Shown here in pieces: positions 50,516 to 62,385 of a DNA stretch of 64,000 nt (position 1 is the first letter of the stretch; each line of letters begins with the position of its first letter). Under the pieces are notes generated by a model. That model saw only the letters and a program-made list of their open reading frames with translations, had not been told where the DNA came from and did no database searches. The stretch comes from Balamuthia mandrillaris (lineage: Eukaryota): assembly GCA_031835245.2 (NCBI GenBank), contig JAVKOQ020000100.1, forward strand, positions 1-64,000. The letters run 5' to 3'. The position numbers and the translations under genes were made by a program.

Positions 50516-51776
50516 CTAGATCACAACTGCCCTGGGTACTCTTTCGATATCGTCTTGACGTTTCGGCAAAGTAGAAGCTCCTGTAACGAAGGGGGTGTTG
50601 GAGCGGATACTATCAGGAGCGTCCACCTTAAGCCGAAGGGGTTTCCGACGTGGAGAGGTAACTCTCAGAGCTAAACCCATATACCCCCCTCCTTCTCGCT
50701 CCTCGTCGCTTGAAAGTTGCTCCAGAACCAGCTTCGATTCTTTCGTAATATCTTTCAATCGGTTTTCATGGCCCTGGGTACTCTCGTCGTTGCTGAGGAA
50801 TACTCCTGCTCGTGTCACGAAGGGGTTGTTGGAGCTGATTCCATCTGGCGCCTCAACCCGAAGCTCAAGCGGATTTCGACGGGCAGAGGAGACTCTCGCA
50901 GACAAGCCCTTAGTCCCTCCTGTTTCATCTTGTTGCTGTTTCTTCAGGTTCAATTTCGGTACTCTCCTCGCCTCTGCATCCTCCCCTTGTGCTTGATCCT
51001 GGTGTAAAGACTGATCTTCGTTGTTGCCTCGTAAGTTGTAGGTCAAGTCTCGTATGCGCATTGTCGCTTGCAACGAGATGGCCCGTCGGTGACGCCATCC
51101 AAAGTATCCTCCCACCGCCATCAAAACAACCAACAAAGTTGCAGCCAGCAAAGTGCTTACCACAATCCCTGCCACCACCTTGTCCTCCGAGTCGTCTTCA
51201 TCGTCGTCCTCCTTCAGTCCTCCGTATTCCAAATCGACATGCTTGGCTCCCAGCGCAGAGACAGAACAGAACTCGATGTATGTAATTAGGCCATCTCCGT
51301 TCTTGTCCAACTCATTCCACGCCTTCTCAAGCTGTCCCGGTTTCCGCAACCACCTTTGCATGCTCTTCATCCATGTCTCTTTGCTGAGAGTGGCGGTGTC
51401 TGTGTCCGAGTACCTGTGCCAGTCACCACAAAAGACTTCTTCAATCCGATCTGCTTGTTGTTTATTCTTCTTTCTCAAGCTGTCGATGAAAGGAATAGAA
51501 TTGAGACCAGGTGTTGAGGTGCCTTCCTGCCTTCTTTCGGTTCCATCCTCTTGGTTCTCGTAGTTCCAAGAGGGACACTGCTCGCATGCCGCAGAGGGTT
51601 TGTTGGTGGTGCTCTGACAGTACCTTCTAGCGGGACACCATCCACAGCCCTCCGTTTCTTCACATTCTTTGAAGGCTCTGATGCGATTGCAATCATCAAC
51701 TATGTTACGTTATATGTTCCCTTTAGTTTTTTATATGTATGAAACGAGTGACCAGGAAAGGAGCGGGAAGATATGC

Positions 51777-51822
<46 letters not shown>

Positions 51823-53004
51823 GGCAAAACAATTGAAAGAATAAGTCTTAAGTTACCCTTGCCAAATGTGATGCAAGAAAGCTCTATCTTATCATCATTG
51901 AACGGAGTCGTGAGATGGAAGTTTGGACAAAAGGAAAAGCCTTCCATCGTCCAAACGATATCGGCAAGGTTGAAGCATAGGTCGTGAGGAAGGACGACGC
52001 CCTCTAGGATCTGAATGCATATAGAGAAGGTGCGCTCCTCAAAGTTGAATTTCAGTTTTAAACTGAGAGGTCCCCGCGCAACGGACGTTTCGATTTCATT
52101 CTTACAGCGAGTAAACGCTGTTCCAGTAGAGCGGGAGGCAGGAGAGACAGAAGAAAGTGGTGTGAATAGGACGAGGTGAAGGTGGAAGGTAGAAATAAAG
52201 GAAGAAGGATATAATAAGAGATGAGCGCAAACCTCCTAACTGCAACGGAAGACTGTAGATGATATCCTCTCCTTGTGTCAACTTAAGCTCAACAGTCTTT
52301 TCAAAGAGACAATCATCAGTACAATGTACATTTTGGAAGATCTCTCTCTCTCTCTCTGCTCCTCCTCCTCCTTCTCCTCCTCCTCCTCCTCCTCCTCCTC
52401 CTCTTTCAACACGTACGTTGTCGCAAACAGAACGAGCAATTACAGCACACAGCTCACCATTAGAAGAGAGCATCTTATGGAGGAACAAGTTTTTGTTTCC
52501 GCCTCTGTACGCTAGGATGGAATTAAGCGGTGTTGAGGGGAACATTGCAGTCCTGAGCACGTCTTCCACCGGGACCGAGATGCCGATGTCACCGATAAAC
52601 TCTCCGATAGGACCTAGTTCACCGATGGGTATGGTAAAGTCCAAGTCCGGTAAGTCAGGGAGAAAACTATCTAACGCAATCTGCAGGCTGGAGATGTCTA
52701 TCCAGTCGAATAACTTGTCCGTTTCTTTCGTCATTGCAAAAGGAAGGCAAACTGCAACAACACACTGTTCAGAAAAAAAGAAGATGCAAAGCATTGACAC
52801 AAAAAACCAGGTACCTTTACATTCCATGAAAGAGGAGGTAGGGTTAAAGCAAGACCATCCGCCTTTGGGAGGAAATATTGAGAAACTTGCAAGGTCTTCT
52901 CTTTTTTGTAGCCGCAGGGCCGAGACGCTGGTTAAAAATAACAAGACTCCCACAGCAACCAGCCGGAACATAGCAGCGCTCTTGGGCGGTCGTGACCGTG
53001 CCAT
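50516..53004 (-). CDS. Pair 4 gene A: type I membrane paralog with duplicated tail motif (start could be the ATG at 52971)
   Basis: Signal peptide, WSCFNP..MECK, VCLPFAMT, FSFCP..LSCITFG, CGWC, FCGDW, DKNGDGLITYIE, TM followed by RHRR. Confidence 0.8.
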
Positions 53005-53316
53005 CGAAGTGGTATGTCCCGCTCTTTCTGGTTTCTGCAAGGGAGCACGGCGAAAAAAGCCCCCCGAGTAATCTTGCACCTTGCAGAGCTACGCGCTCTC
53101 TTCCTCCTGGCGTTTCGAGCTCGAGCAAGGAGACGAAAAGGAAGCCAGACCGATCCCAGTTTGCCTCCTTGGGCAACGTAAGTTCGAGAAAATTTGCTTA
53201 ATAAGGATAGGATAGTGTCGTTTCGAGCAACTGTTACGCCTGTTCTTTTAGACTTGGTGGGGTAGATATATCTTTTTCCTGTTTCTTCCTTCCCACACAG
53301 GAGGAAAGAAGAAGAG

Positions 53317-55664
53317 ATGACACGCCTTTTGACAGTGGTTGGTTTTTTGTTTTGGCTGGCTATGGCGGTCAGCGCGGAGCGATGGTACTCTAGGAGTTAC
53401 AACACAACAAGCGACGATTATGTCGTTACTGCCAAAGGTGCCGGTTGGACCTGGTTTCATCACAAGGAACAGTTAACTCGGAATGAGTTTTTAGGCTTTT
53501 CCGGGGAATGTGCTAAAGAGGAGGATGAAGACGGAAACATAATTTTCACCTGTTCTGGTTGGTAATCATCGACTGATCGGCAAACCTATCTGCTTCTTTT
53601 CTCTTGCTTTCTGCCTCCGTTAAGTCTTTGAATACACCCACTTCATGAAACAGGTTGTTTCAATCCGCACAACGCCATCTTCCAAATCCCAAGATTTCTA
53701 GGTAAAAGTTTTTGGTCCTTGTCTCCATTTTATCGTTCATTTACATCCTTTTCATCCTGTTCTTCCTCTTCCTCTTCCTCTTCCTCTTCCTCTTCCTCTT
53801 CCTCTTCCTCTTCCTCTTCCTCTTCCTCTTCCTCTTCCTCTTCCTCTTCCTCTTCCTCTTCCTCTTCCTCTTCCTCTTCCTCTTCCTCTTCCTCTTCCTC
53901 TTCCTCTTCCTCTTCCTCTTCCTCTTCCTCTTCCTCTTCCTCTTCCTCTTCCTCTTCCTTTTATACTCTGTCTGACTTACAATATCTGTTACCATTCGCT
54001 GCTTATAGAGAGTCTTGGGGTGGACCTCGATCTGTCCAAGTTAACGGGATCCATTACCTCAAAGCTTCCCATTCCACAGATCTGCATTGATCCATGCGAC
54101 TTTGACTTTGATATCTCATTCAGAGGAGAGCAGGAACAAGTGAGGACAGAGGAGGGGCGGCAAAACAAGGAAAGATTTTGGGATGACATTGCTGACTGGG
54201 TCGACGACGCTGTCGATACTGTGGTGGATGAGGTCACAGAGCCTATATGCGATTTGTTGGATGTTTGCACCCCCGACTTTGTGGACATGAGCCTGAGCTT
54301 GTTTGACCTTTTTGGAGGGTTGGGCATTGTTCCAGCAGACCTGAAGGAGGTGATGGTTTGTCCTTTTGGCGGCTGCGAATGTTTTCTTTCATCCCTTCCA
54401 CTCGTATTGATCGCTTCTTTCCTATCCCCTCCAAATGAACTTGTGCCCCATTGTGACGGGAAGCGGGATCAATTCGGAGACTGGATGCCGCGGGATGCTG
54501 CCCCTCCCTTTGAAGGTGCCTTCGAGCTGCTCGGCGATGTATGTCTTATCGTAAAAGTCCCTCTTTGTCAGTTTGTACGTCAACCTCTCCATTACAACGG
54601 TTTAGACTGTCATACAAACAGACACTGCTTTCTCTTTCTTTTTAAAAAGGACGTTCGAGTGGACTTGACGATGGGGGGTATTACTTTGTTATCCGTCGGT
54701 TTGGAAAATACTCGACTAGGCGACTTTATGGATAAACTCAGTAACATCTTTCTCTGTCTTCTGTTGAAAATATCTTTTCCTTCTCACAAACCAAACACAC
54801 AAACAAAAGATCTGGCCAGAGAGCTGAAGTGCAGAGCAGACCAAGTGAACGAGCAGGCTAAAAACGGTGAGTTAACCAGCGATCGTGATAGCGGCACGTT
54901 GGAGTTTTGTAACAGCATTGGGATGCCACTGTTTAGCTCAGCCGGGGCATGCGTGAAGCTAAACGATATTGTTTTGACCGGCAAAGGTTTTCAAGCTTGC
55001 ATGAAAGTGGATTTTGGTGAAGGCATTGACCTTGGTTGTCTTCGTGTTGGAGACTGTAATGCTTCTTCTCCTCTTCTTTCTGCTTCTCCTTCTCCTTCTC
55101 CTTCTCCTTCTCCTTCTCCTTCTCCTTCTCCTTCTCCTTCTCCTTCTCCTTCTCCTTCTCCTTCTCCTTCTCCTTCTCCTTCTCCTTCTCCTTCTCTTTT
55201 TTCTTCATCTCCAGCCTTTCCATTCGTTCATAGCACTCGTTCTGAAGTTGTCCTGCAACTTGCTTCGATACTCAGTAACGGACTGCTCCGCTTTTGACTG
55301 CGAAAAGTGCATGCAACAAAGTTCCTGTGGGTGGTGTCCTTCCACTAGCTCCTGCGTCACCTCCGACCTCATGGGACCGGAAAAATGCTCCGAGTGCCCC
55401 GGAGGAGCCTACACCGAGAACGCGGCTCTGGTGTGCGGCGGAAACTCAGAAACGTACGAGGAATGTTTGGCCTCGTTTAGAACGGTAGACTCGTTGGAGC
55501 GGGACTACCTCGTTTCCTTCGAAGAGTTCTTCTTGGGACCTGGAAAGTGGTTGCGTTATGCCACGGCGGAGGAGGCTTTCGCTTTCTTGGATGAAGACAA
55601 CGATGGCATTTTGGCGTTCGAAGAGTTTTGTGCTTTCTCTGGTGAAGACGAAACAGGGGAGTGA
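53317..55664 (+). CDS. Pair 4 gene B: secreted paralog
   Basis: Signal peptide, FLGFSGEC, RFWDDIADW, GDVCLIVKVPLC, ACVKLNDIVLTGKGFQACM..DLGCL, CGWCP, GPGKW, DEDNDGILAFEE. Confidence 0.8.
53761..53958. repeat. (TCTTCC)n microsatellite in a pair 4 gene B intron
   Basis: Visible perfect hexamer repeat. Confidence 0.95.
55085..55195. repeat. (TCTCCT)n microsatellite in a pair 4 gene B intron
   Basis: Visible hexamer repeat; the GT-AG intron removes it from the CDS. Confidence 0.9.
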
Positions 55665-55843
55665 TGCTGTTGCCTCTTGTACATAGATAGATAATAGCAA
55701 CTGCCATACGTTGAGCTGGTTGGTATCCAGTGAAACTGAACGATGAATGTAACAAAGTGACAAAAGAAAACGAACTTGATCGTTTCCTTCTCGTCTTCGT
55801 AATAATATATCTACAAGAACCGACCAAAACAACAAACAGATGC

Positions 55844-57087
55844 TCACAAGTCTCTAAGCCCTCCTTTCTGAAGGTTGCTCAGTTGTTGCTGGTGGAGCTG
55901 AGCTCTTTTCTTGGTATGAAAGGCAGGGGAGAGAGGCTCCGTCGGCACAAAGTTGGAGCCCAAAGGTCTCATCATCGGTTTGACCTTCGGCACTGGCAAA
56001 GGCTTGTGGACTAGCTTCTTCCTCAGCTCCTTGATTTCCTGCTCCTCGCGGAGTTGCTGCTCTAGCTCTCTTGCCTTGCGAGCCTCCTCCGCCGCTCTCT
56101 CCTTCTCTCGGAGCTTCGCCTCAAAGGCCATTCTTTGCAAGGAGCGTTCGTCCGTGTAGAGGTTGAAGTCGTCCACCTCGGTAAGAGGCTTGGTCGACTT
56201 GGAGACCTCGAAGGCTGGTGTTGGAACGCTGGTGTCACTACAGTCAAAGAAAACCAAGAAACTTTACGTTTAGCAAATAAAAAAGAGAAAGAAGGAAGAG
56301 TGAAGAGTGAAGAATAAAGCATGAATGAACAATGAACAAAAAGCTAGAAATAAAGAGATAGAAAGGATACAATTGACGGGCATGAAACTCGCGCATGCGA
56401 CGGGCGGCCTCCTCCTCCTCCTGCACCTTCCGCAACCACTGCGCCCTCTTCTCGGCTCCCCTCTCCTCCGTTTGCAAGGGAAAGCCCAAAGGGGCGGTGG
56501 GAGGATGCTCTGAAGGAGCCGGCACAAAAGGCTCCACTTCCAACATGTCTCTGGCCTTAAACTCGCGCCGCCGCCGCTCTTCCTCCTCCTGAGCCTGCAG
56601 CCGTTCTTTCTCCCTCTGCTTCTTCTTGGATCCTCTCTCCTCTGTTTTCAGGGGAAAGGGAGCGAGCTCGGTGAGAGGGCCTTGATAGGGTTGTGGTTGG
56701 AAGGGTTCAGCGAGGGGAAGTGGTCTGGCTTTGAACTGGCGAGCCTCTCGCTCGCGTTTGGCCTCCTCTTCTAAACGTCGTTTGAAGGCCTCCTCAGCGA
56801 TGCCTCCTCTCACCTCCGTTTGAAGTTGGAATGGTTCTCGTTCTCTTCGTTTCTTTGTTAGTTGTTGTTGGTCCTGTTGAGGCTGTTGTTTGTTGGGATT
56901 GTTGTTTTCCTTGTCGTTGTTGTTTGTCTCAAAGGTCTTTCTCTTGCGGGTGGCGCATAGAAAGTTGAACTCTTTGGGTTGGGTGAGAGGACGTTTGCTG
57001 ACGCAAGGAATGCCCAGGTCTCCTTTGCTCTCCATTATCTTAGAGGAAATAATAAGCAAAACCAGAAACGAGAGAAGGACAAGATAA

Positions 57088-57122
<35 letters not shown>

Positions 57123-57766
57123 ACCTTTTTGTCAAGAGGAAGTGCTTTAAACTTGGGAATCTTCGCTAGTTCCAGCTTTTCTCTCTCTTCTGATGTTATA
57201 AAGCTATAGAACACAAAGTGAGTACAATTCAAAAGAGATAGAGAGAGAAGCGATAAGAGAGAGGAAGAAGAGGAGAAGAGAGGAGGGACGAACCGAACGG
57301 GTCTTCTTCTGGTTTCCGTTTCAAAGTGAAACTCTTTGGGAATGGTCAAAGTACCTCCAGAACGAACCGGGAACGCAGAAGAAGCAGAGGAGGAAGAGGA
57401 AACGGAACAGTCTTGAGAGGAAGTAGTGTAGTCCGTCTCCGGAAGTGACCGAGGGCGAGTCTTGGAAGCAGACTCAGTGCGGTTGCGAGCGGACCTACCG
57501 TCATCATGGCTGGTGTTGTGCTTTTGTTGTTGAACTTTGGCAAAGGCAGCCTTGGCCTGTGCGGCCAGAGGTATGTGGTGGTACAACGACGAAGTCCTTC
57601 GGTCGAACCACGGGTCCGAGGGATCTTCCACCAACGAGTTTTGCTCGGAGAGGGCGGCGAGATCACAGTATTGCGGCGCGTTGATGTGATCGTAAATCTC
57701 GTTGCCGTTCAAAAAATCGTCGAGAGAGGAGGAAGGAGCGAGCTCCGCAGCAGTGCTATCGGTCAT
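55844..57766 (-). CDS. TPX2: TPX2-like spindle assembly factor; multi-exon
   Basis: N-terminal Aurora-A-binding-like segment YDHINAPQYCDL...DPWFD, LTIPKEFHF, repeats of P-F-x-L-x-T-E-x-R-G and FKARP, and C-terminal IKELRKKLVHKP..PTEPLSPAF. Confidence 0.85.
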
Positions 57767-57911
57767 TCTTCTAGAAGATCTACTCTGTCGTCACGCGAGA
57801 ACTGGCTTACACGGCTTTTTTATTTTTGCTGTATGACTAGGAAAAAAAAAAACAAAAGAAAACTAAAGAAACGGAGAAACAACGTGCTTGAATTTTTTTT
57901 TTTTTCGTTCG

Positions 57912-57953
57912 GCCGTTAAACTAGCCGTTACACGAATACTTTGGGCGGGAAAA
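57912..57953 (-). promoter_or_regulatory. Two MYB/MSA-like sites and an E2F-like site upstream of TPX2
   Basis: Minus strand reads TTTTCCCGCCC then TAACGGC twice. Confidence 0.5.
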
Positions 57954-58348
57954 AATCGGTACCGGTTCGACACGCATTGCGGACACTTTTGTTTTTTTTG
58001 TTGTCCAGATGGAAGGAGCAACTTTATCTTTTTTTTTTTTTTTGCTTGGACTAAGTTGAGAAGAGTGACGAGAGTGAGGCTGGGTGGATAAGGCACGAGA
58101 AAGGAACAAACACCCAGAACAGCGCTGTCTTTGCGCTGTCCGTCGCATCGGGGTTGGCCTTCTGCCCCTTGTTATTTCTGAAAGTTTAAAAAAGGAGACC
58201 CGATTTCAAATACAAACGAATTGGAAGATGGCTTGCACTTGAGCCCAGCAGCTGGGTCACGCTCATGCGATGGTGATAGCGAGCGCATCAGCGACAGTGA
58301 TATAGCGGTGCCTTTTCTCGCCGCGTTTCGTTCTTCATCTCTCCATGG

Positions 58349-59590
58349 TTAATAGAGAGAGCGTGCATCGAGGGGTAAAGCATCAAGCCACAATATAGGC
58401 GAGGAAGCGGAGGACGAGAACCGCGAAATGATCTCCTCTTTGGTCGACGGGCTGTCCACTTGAACCAACGCTTGGCCTTTGTTCCTCTTTCTGTTGTTAT
58501 AGGCAGAGGAGCTCTTCTGATGCGCCACCGGATCCCTGAACCGGTTGACTCGCACCTCGATGGCGGCGATTTGTCCTTCCGCGAGATGAAGAGGATCGCC
58601 CGTCAACCAACTCTTTATCTCTTCCACGGTAACAGTTTCTGGGAAGCCGTTGATAACTATCTTTTGTTGCTCTCTGTTGGGTTGTTCCATGTTAGTTCGT
58701 TCGTTTTTGCTGTCGGGATGAAAACAAAAAATAAAGGGAGAGACTTACCCGAGAGCTAACGGAGACGCTGGAAAGTGAGTGGGGGTGACCTCCTCATCGC
58801 TGCCAAGCGGTATGGTGTGACGCACTTGGTAGTTGCCGGTTTCGGTCCTGCTGATGATGTAGATTTCCTTGACGAGGAAGGCGATGGTCTGCCAGTCGCG
58901 CTGATAGAGCTCCTGGTGATAGTCAAGTTCCTCCTTTTTGTTTTGAGAGTACCAAAGTCAGAGAAACGAACAAGATCGAAAGGAAGAAGATGAATAAGAA
59001 GAAGAAGAAGAAGAAGTAGAAGAAGGAGAAGAACAAGATGAAGACCAAGAAGATGATGAAGAACAAGAAGAACAGGAAGAACAGCAATAACAATAACAAC
59101 AAGATGAAAGACTGAGGCGAGAGAAAAGAGCAGGAACAAAGTACAAAAGTGCGGAAGGAACCCATTGACAGGTGTGGTTGGAACTTTGGAGGGCAGGTCT
59201 TTTTACAAACGTCATCACAATAGGGGTACTCCTGAACGATTCTCCGGTTGAGTTCCATCAAAGCATCTGAAGGCTATTCAAAAGAAAAAAATATGATAAG
59301 AACAATAGAAAAAACTTTACCAGACGAAGCAAAAGAGGAAGCAACAAACAGTTGTTTCGGGGCAGAGGAAGAGAGTGTTGTTGCGTTTCTTCTGCTTGAA
59401 AGAGCCGAACCGGCTCAACTCCATCTGAAACGGAGCAAAGTCTTTGAGGTTGTTGCGAAGCACCCGTGCGGCCTCCTCTATTTCGTCGTAAGGCACAAAG
59501 GGATAACTCCTACATATCGAGAAGTTTGAGGAACAGGAAAGATGAGAAGAGAGGACGAAGAGAAGAGAAGTGAAGAGAATGATCAAGAGA

Positions 59591-59622
<32 letters not shown>

Positions 59623-59866
59623 AGAATTACAAGGTGACATGAGGGCCGCAGCGAAGAAAAGGAAATATGTGTTTCTCTCGTATGCGTTGTATGGGAGGCC
59701 AATGCTCCGGCGGCACCAAAACCACCACCGAGGTGGTGTACACTTTATCCCCGGTCACGCATGGCCCCTTGTGTTTAAGCTTCTGCTTGCCGTTGCGCGA
59801 TTGCGAAGCCGCAGCAGCAGTGTTTTTGTCTGGACAGGAGGTGCCCGCAGAAGAAGGAGCCTCCAT
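58349..59866 (-). CDS. 2H phosphoesterase (2'-5' RNA ligase-like) with C-terminal RRM-like domain; multi-exon
   Basis: Two Hx[T/S] motifs (GPHVTLSYPF and FQPHLSMG), then KIVINGFPETVTVEEIKSWL...KGQALVQV resembling RNP2/RNP1. Confidence 0.75.
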
Positions 59867-60171
59867 TTATCTTCTTTTACTTGCTTGGAAGGGTGATGTT
59901 TTTATGAATGGGTTCTGTTTGTGCATTCTGAAAGTTTTTACATGATAACGGTTCATCATGAATTAGTTTCAGCGATACTCTATATTTCAGCAAAGATATT
60001 CGATTGATTTCTGATTGGGTGTTTTGAAATCATAAATCAAACGCCCAATCATGAAGGATGCTGTGTCAAGAAAAATAAATCAAACATCCAACCAGGTGAT
60101 AGTTTAGGCTTTATTTTTATGATTTTTGATTGGAGATTTGAATTTATTGATACAAAAAAAAAGAAAGAAAG

Positions 60172-60640
60172 ATGAACGGCAAAGAGAGAGAGAAACGCAA
60201 GGCCAAGGGAAAGGCCAAGGCTGAGGCCGCGTGCGGCGACGTTTGGGAGGTGCTCCCGTGGGAACTCAGCTTTAAGATCTGGAGCGATCATCTGTGCCCG
60301 ACCGATTTTTACTCCCTCTCCCTCGTTTGTCAATCTTGGCATCGCCTCGCCTCGCGCAACGACGTTTGTCATCCCTTTCTTTCGTTTTTTCTTCCTCTTC
60401 TGCTGCTTCTTCTTCTTCTTCTTCTTTGTTGTTGTTTTATTGAACCAAAAAAACAATAATAGATTTGGAAGCAATGGTACCTGCTACGCTTTGGGAAGTT
60501 GAAGATGACGAAAGGAGGAGGAACAACAAAAAAAGAGGAAGTGGACTACAAAGAGCTGTACCGAGCGACCCTCGACCTACCAGTAAGAGAGATCAAGGTC
60601 GTCGTTGTTGGCGACGAAAGAAGTTTCAAAACCAAGTTTC

Positions 60641-60676
<36 letters not shown>

Positions 60677-61904
60677 CTCTTTCGCTCTTCCTTTCTTCTT
60701 GTTCTCCCTCTCTTCTCTCTCTCTCATCTCGTTCTCTCTATTCTTTGGATTAACATTTCTTGCCACTTGAAACTAGGTTGTGCCAACAGATGGCGTTTGG
60801 CATGATACACACTGGCTATCTGCCCACCATATTTAACACGTATGTTTAGATGGAGAGAGGAGAGAGAGAACGAGAGGAGAAAAGCGAAGAGAGAGAGAGA
60901 GAGAGAAAAAGAGAGAAGAGAAGAGAGGGAAAGAGAAGGAGAGAGGGAGAACACAGCGCAGAGATGATGGGAGTAACGAAATGGAAAAAGAGAGTCATGT
61001 TTAACTTGAAGTCGTGTTGGTTGATAGGTACATGACAACGGGTGTTTCATCACATCGTGATAGATATCGAGTATATCTGTACGTTCTGCAGTTTTTTCTC
61101 TGTTGGTGTTCTTCTTTCAATTTTTTCTTATAGTTTTGCCTTGTCTGTTCAATTGTTGGCAATCGGCGAGACAGCTGGGACACAGCTGGCGCTGAAGAAC
61201 ATGTCAGATTACTACCACTGGCTTACAACGCCAAAGATGGTATTCTCAATTTCTCTCTCTCTCTCTTCAAGTTGCATATACTCATCGTTGCATGTCGTTC
61301 ATGCCAGTCATCCTCATATGCTATCGAGCGGAGGAGGAAGGCAGTGAAGAGCGTGTAAAGGAAAAGTGGGTTTCAGAAGGTACGTCACCGCTTTGCTTTC
61401 CAAGTTTTTAAAAATAATTTATTTCCTTCTCATTGTCTCCCTTCTTTTAACTTAGTTCGACGTTACATGCCGGACATACCAATTATCATTGTTGCGCTCG
61501 CCTCCAAGGAAAGTGATTATGAATCTCCTCAACAATTTCAAACTCTTGGTATAGTATAAACACTCACTTTTCATTTCATTCTGTTTCATGTTTTTAAGTT
61601 AACATATTCCATGCTTCACGATAGGCAACTTATTCCCATTTGTTTGCAATGTGGTAACAGGAGAAAACATCGACCGTTTGTTACAAATCATTGTTGATAC
61701 GCATGCTGAAAGGTGGGGCCAAATGCATAGCGTGAAAAAGAAGTCTAGCAAGAATCGATTTCAAGTGATTCTTTCGAAAAGTTAGTTCTCTTTTTATTCC
61801 TCCTGTATTTCTTTGTTTTAGTGCCAACAATTTTTTTATTCCTTACGCAGAGCTCAAACTAAATGCGGAGGATCTCCCTACTGGTCTAGCGGGTAAGTTC
61901 TCAC

Positions 61905-61935
<31 letters not shown>

Positions 61936-62343
61936 GTGACATAGCGCCTTCGTGCAATAAGTTTAACTGTTTTTTTTTTTTAAAAAGATGTCAAGCCAGA
62001 ATACGAAGTGACACTGGCGGATGGCGATCTTCATTCCCTTCATTTCATTGCTGATCCCACGCAATGTGTTGCTGACATTGTACAACCATCTCTGGCTTAT
62101 CAACAAACCGCGCTTCAAGTTTGGTTCCTCTTTTTATGATACTCTGCTTTCGTTTTTAACCATTTCCTTCAGTATTTTGAAATGCAAAAACATGACGTAG
62201 AAAAGTGGAAGAAAACAATCACTGCTCCTGAAGAGATTGAGACCCAAACGATCGAGTATGCCACACTCTTATGTTCATTTTTCCAAGCTATTATTATCTT
62301 CAGTGCTGGTTTGTTTCTCTATTTCTCGCCTCTCTGCGCTTTG

Positions 62344-62385
<42 letters not shown>

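Noticed and set aside
53712..55223. Poly-Ser, KR, SP, poly-Leu and EK ORFs
   Set aside because: They come from intronic hexamer microsatellites in gene B4.
35555..55664. Array as a transposon or viral insertion
   Set aside because: No transposase, RT, capsid, terminal repeats or target-site duplication were seen, and the genes carry host-style introns.
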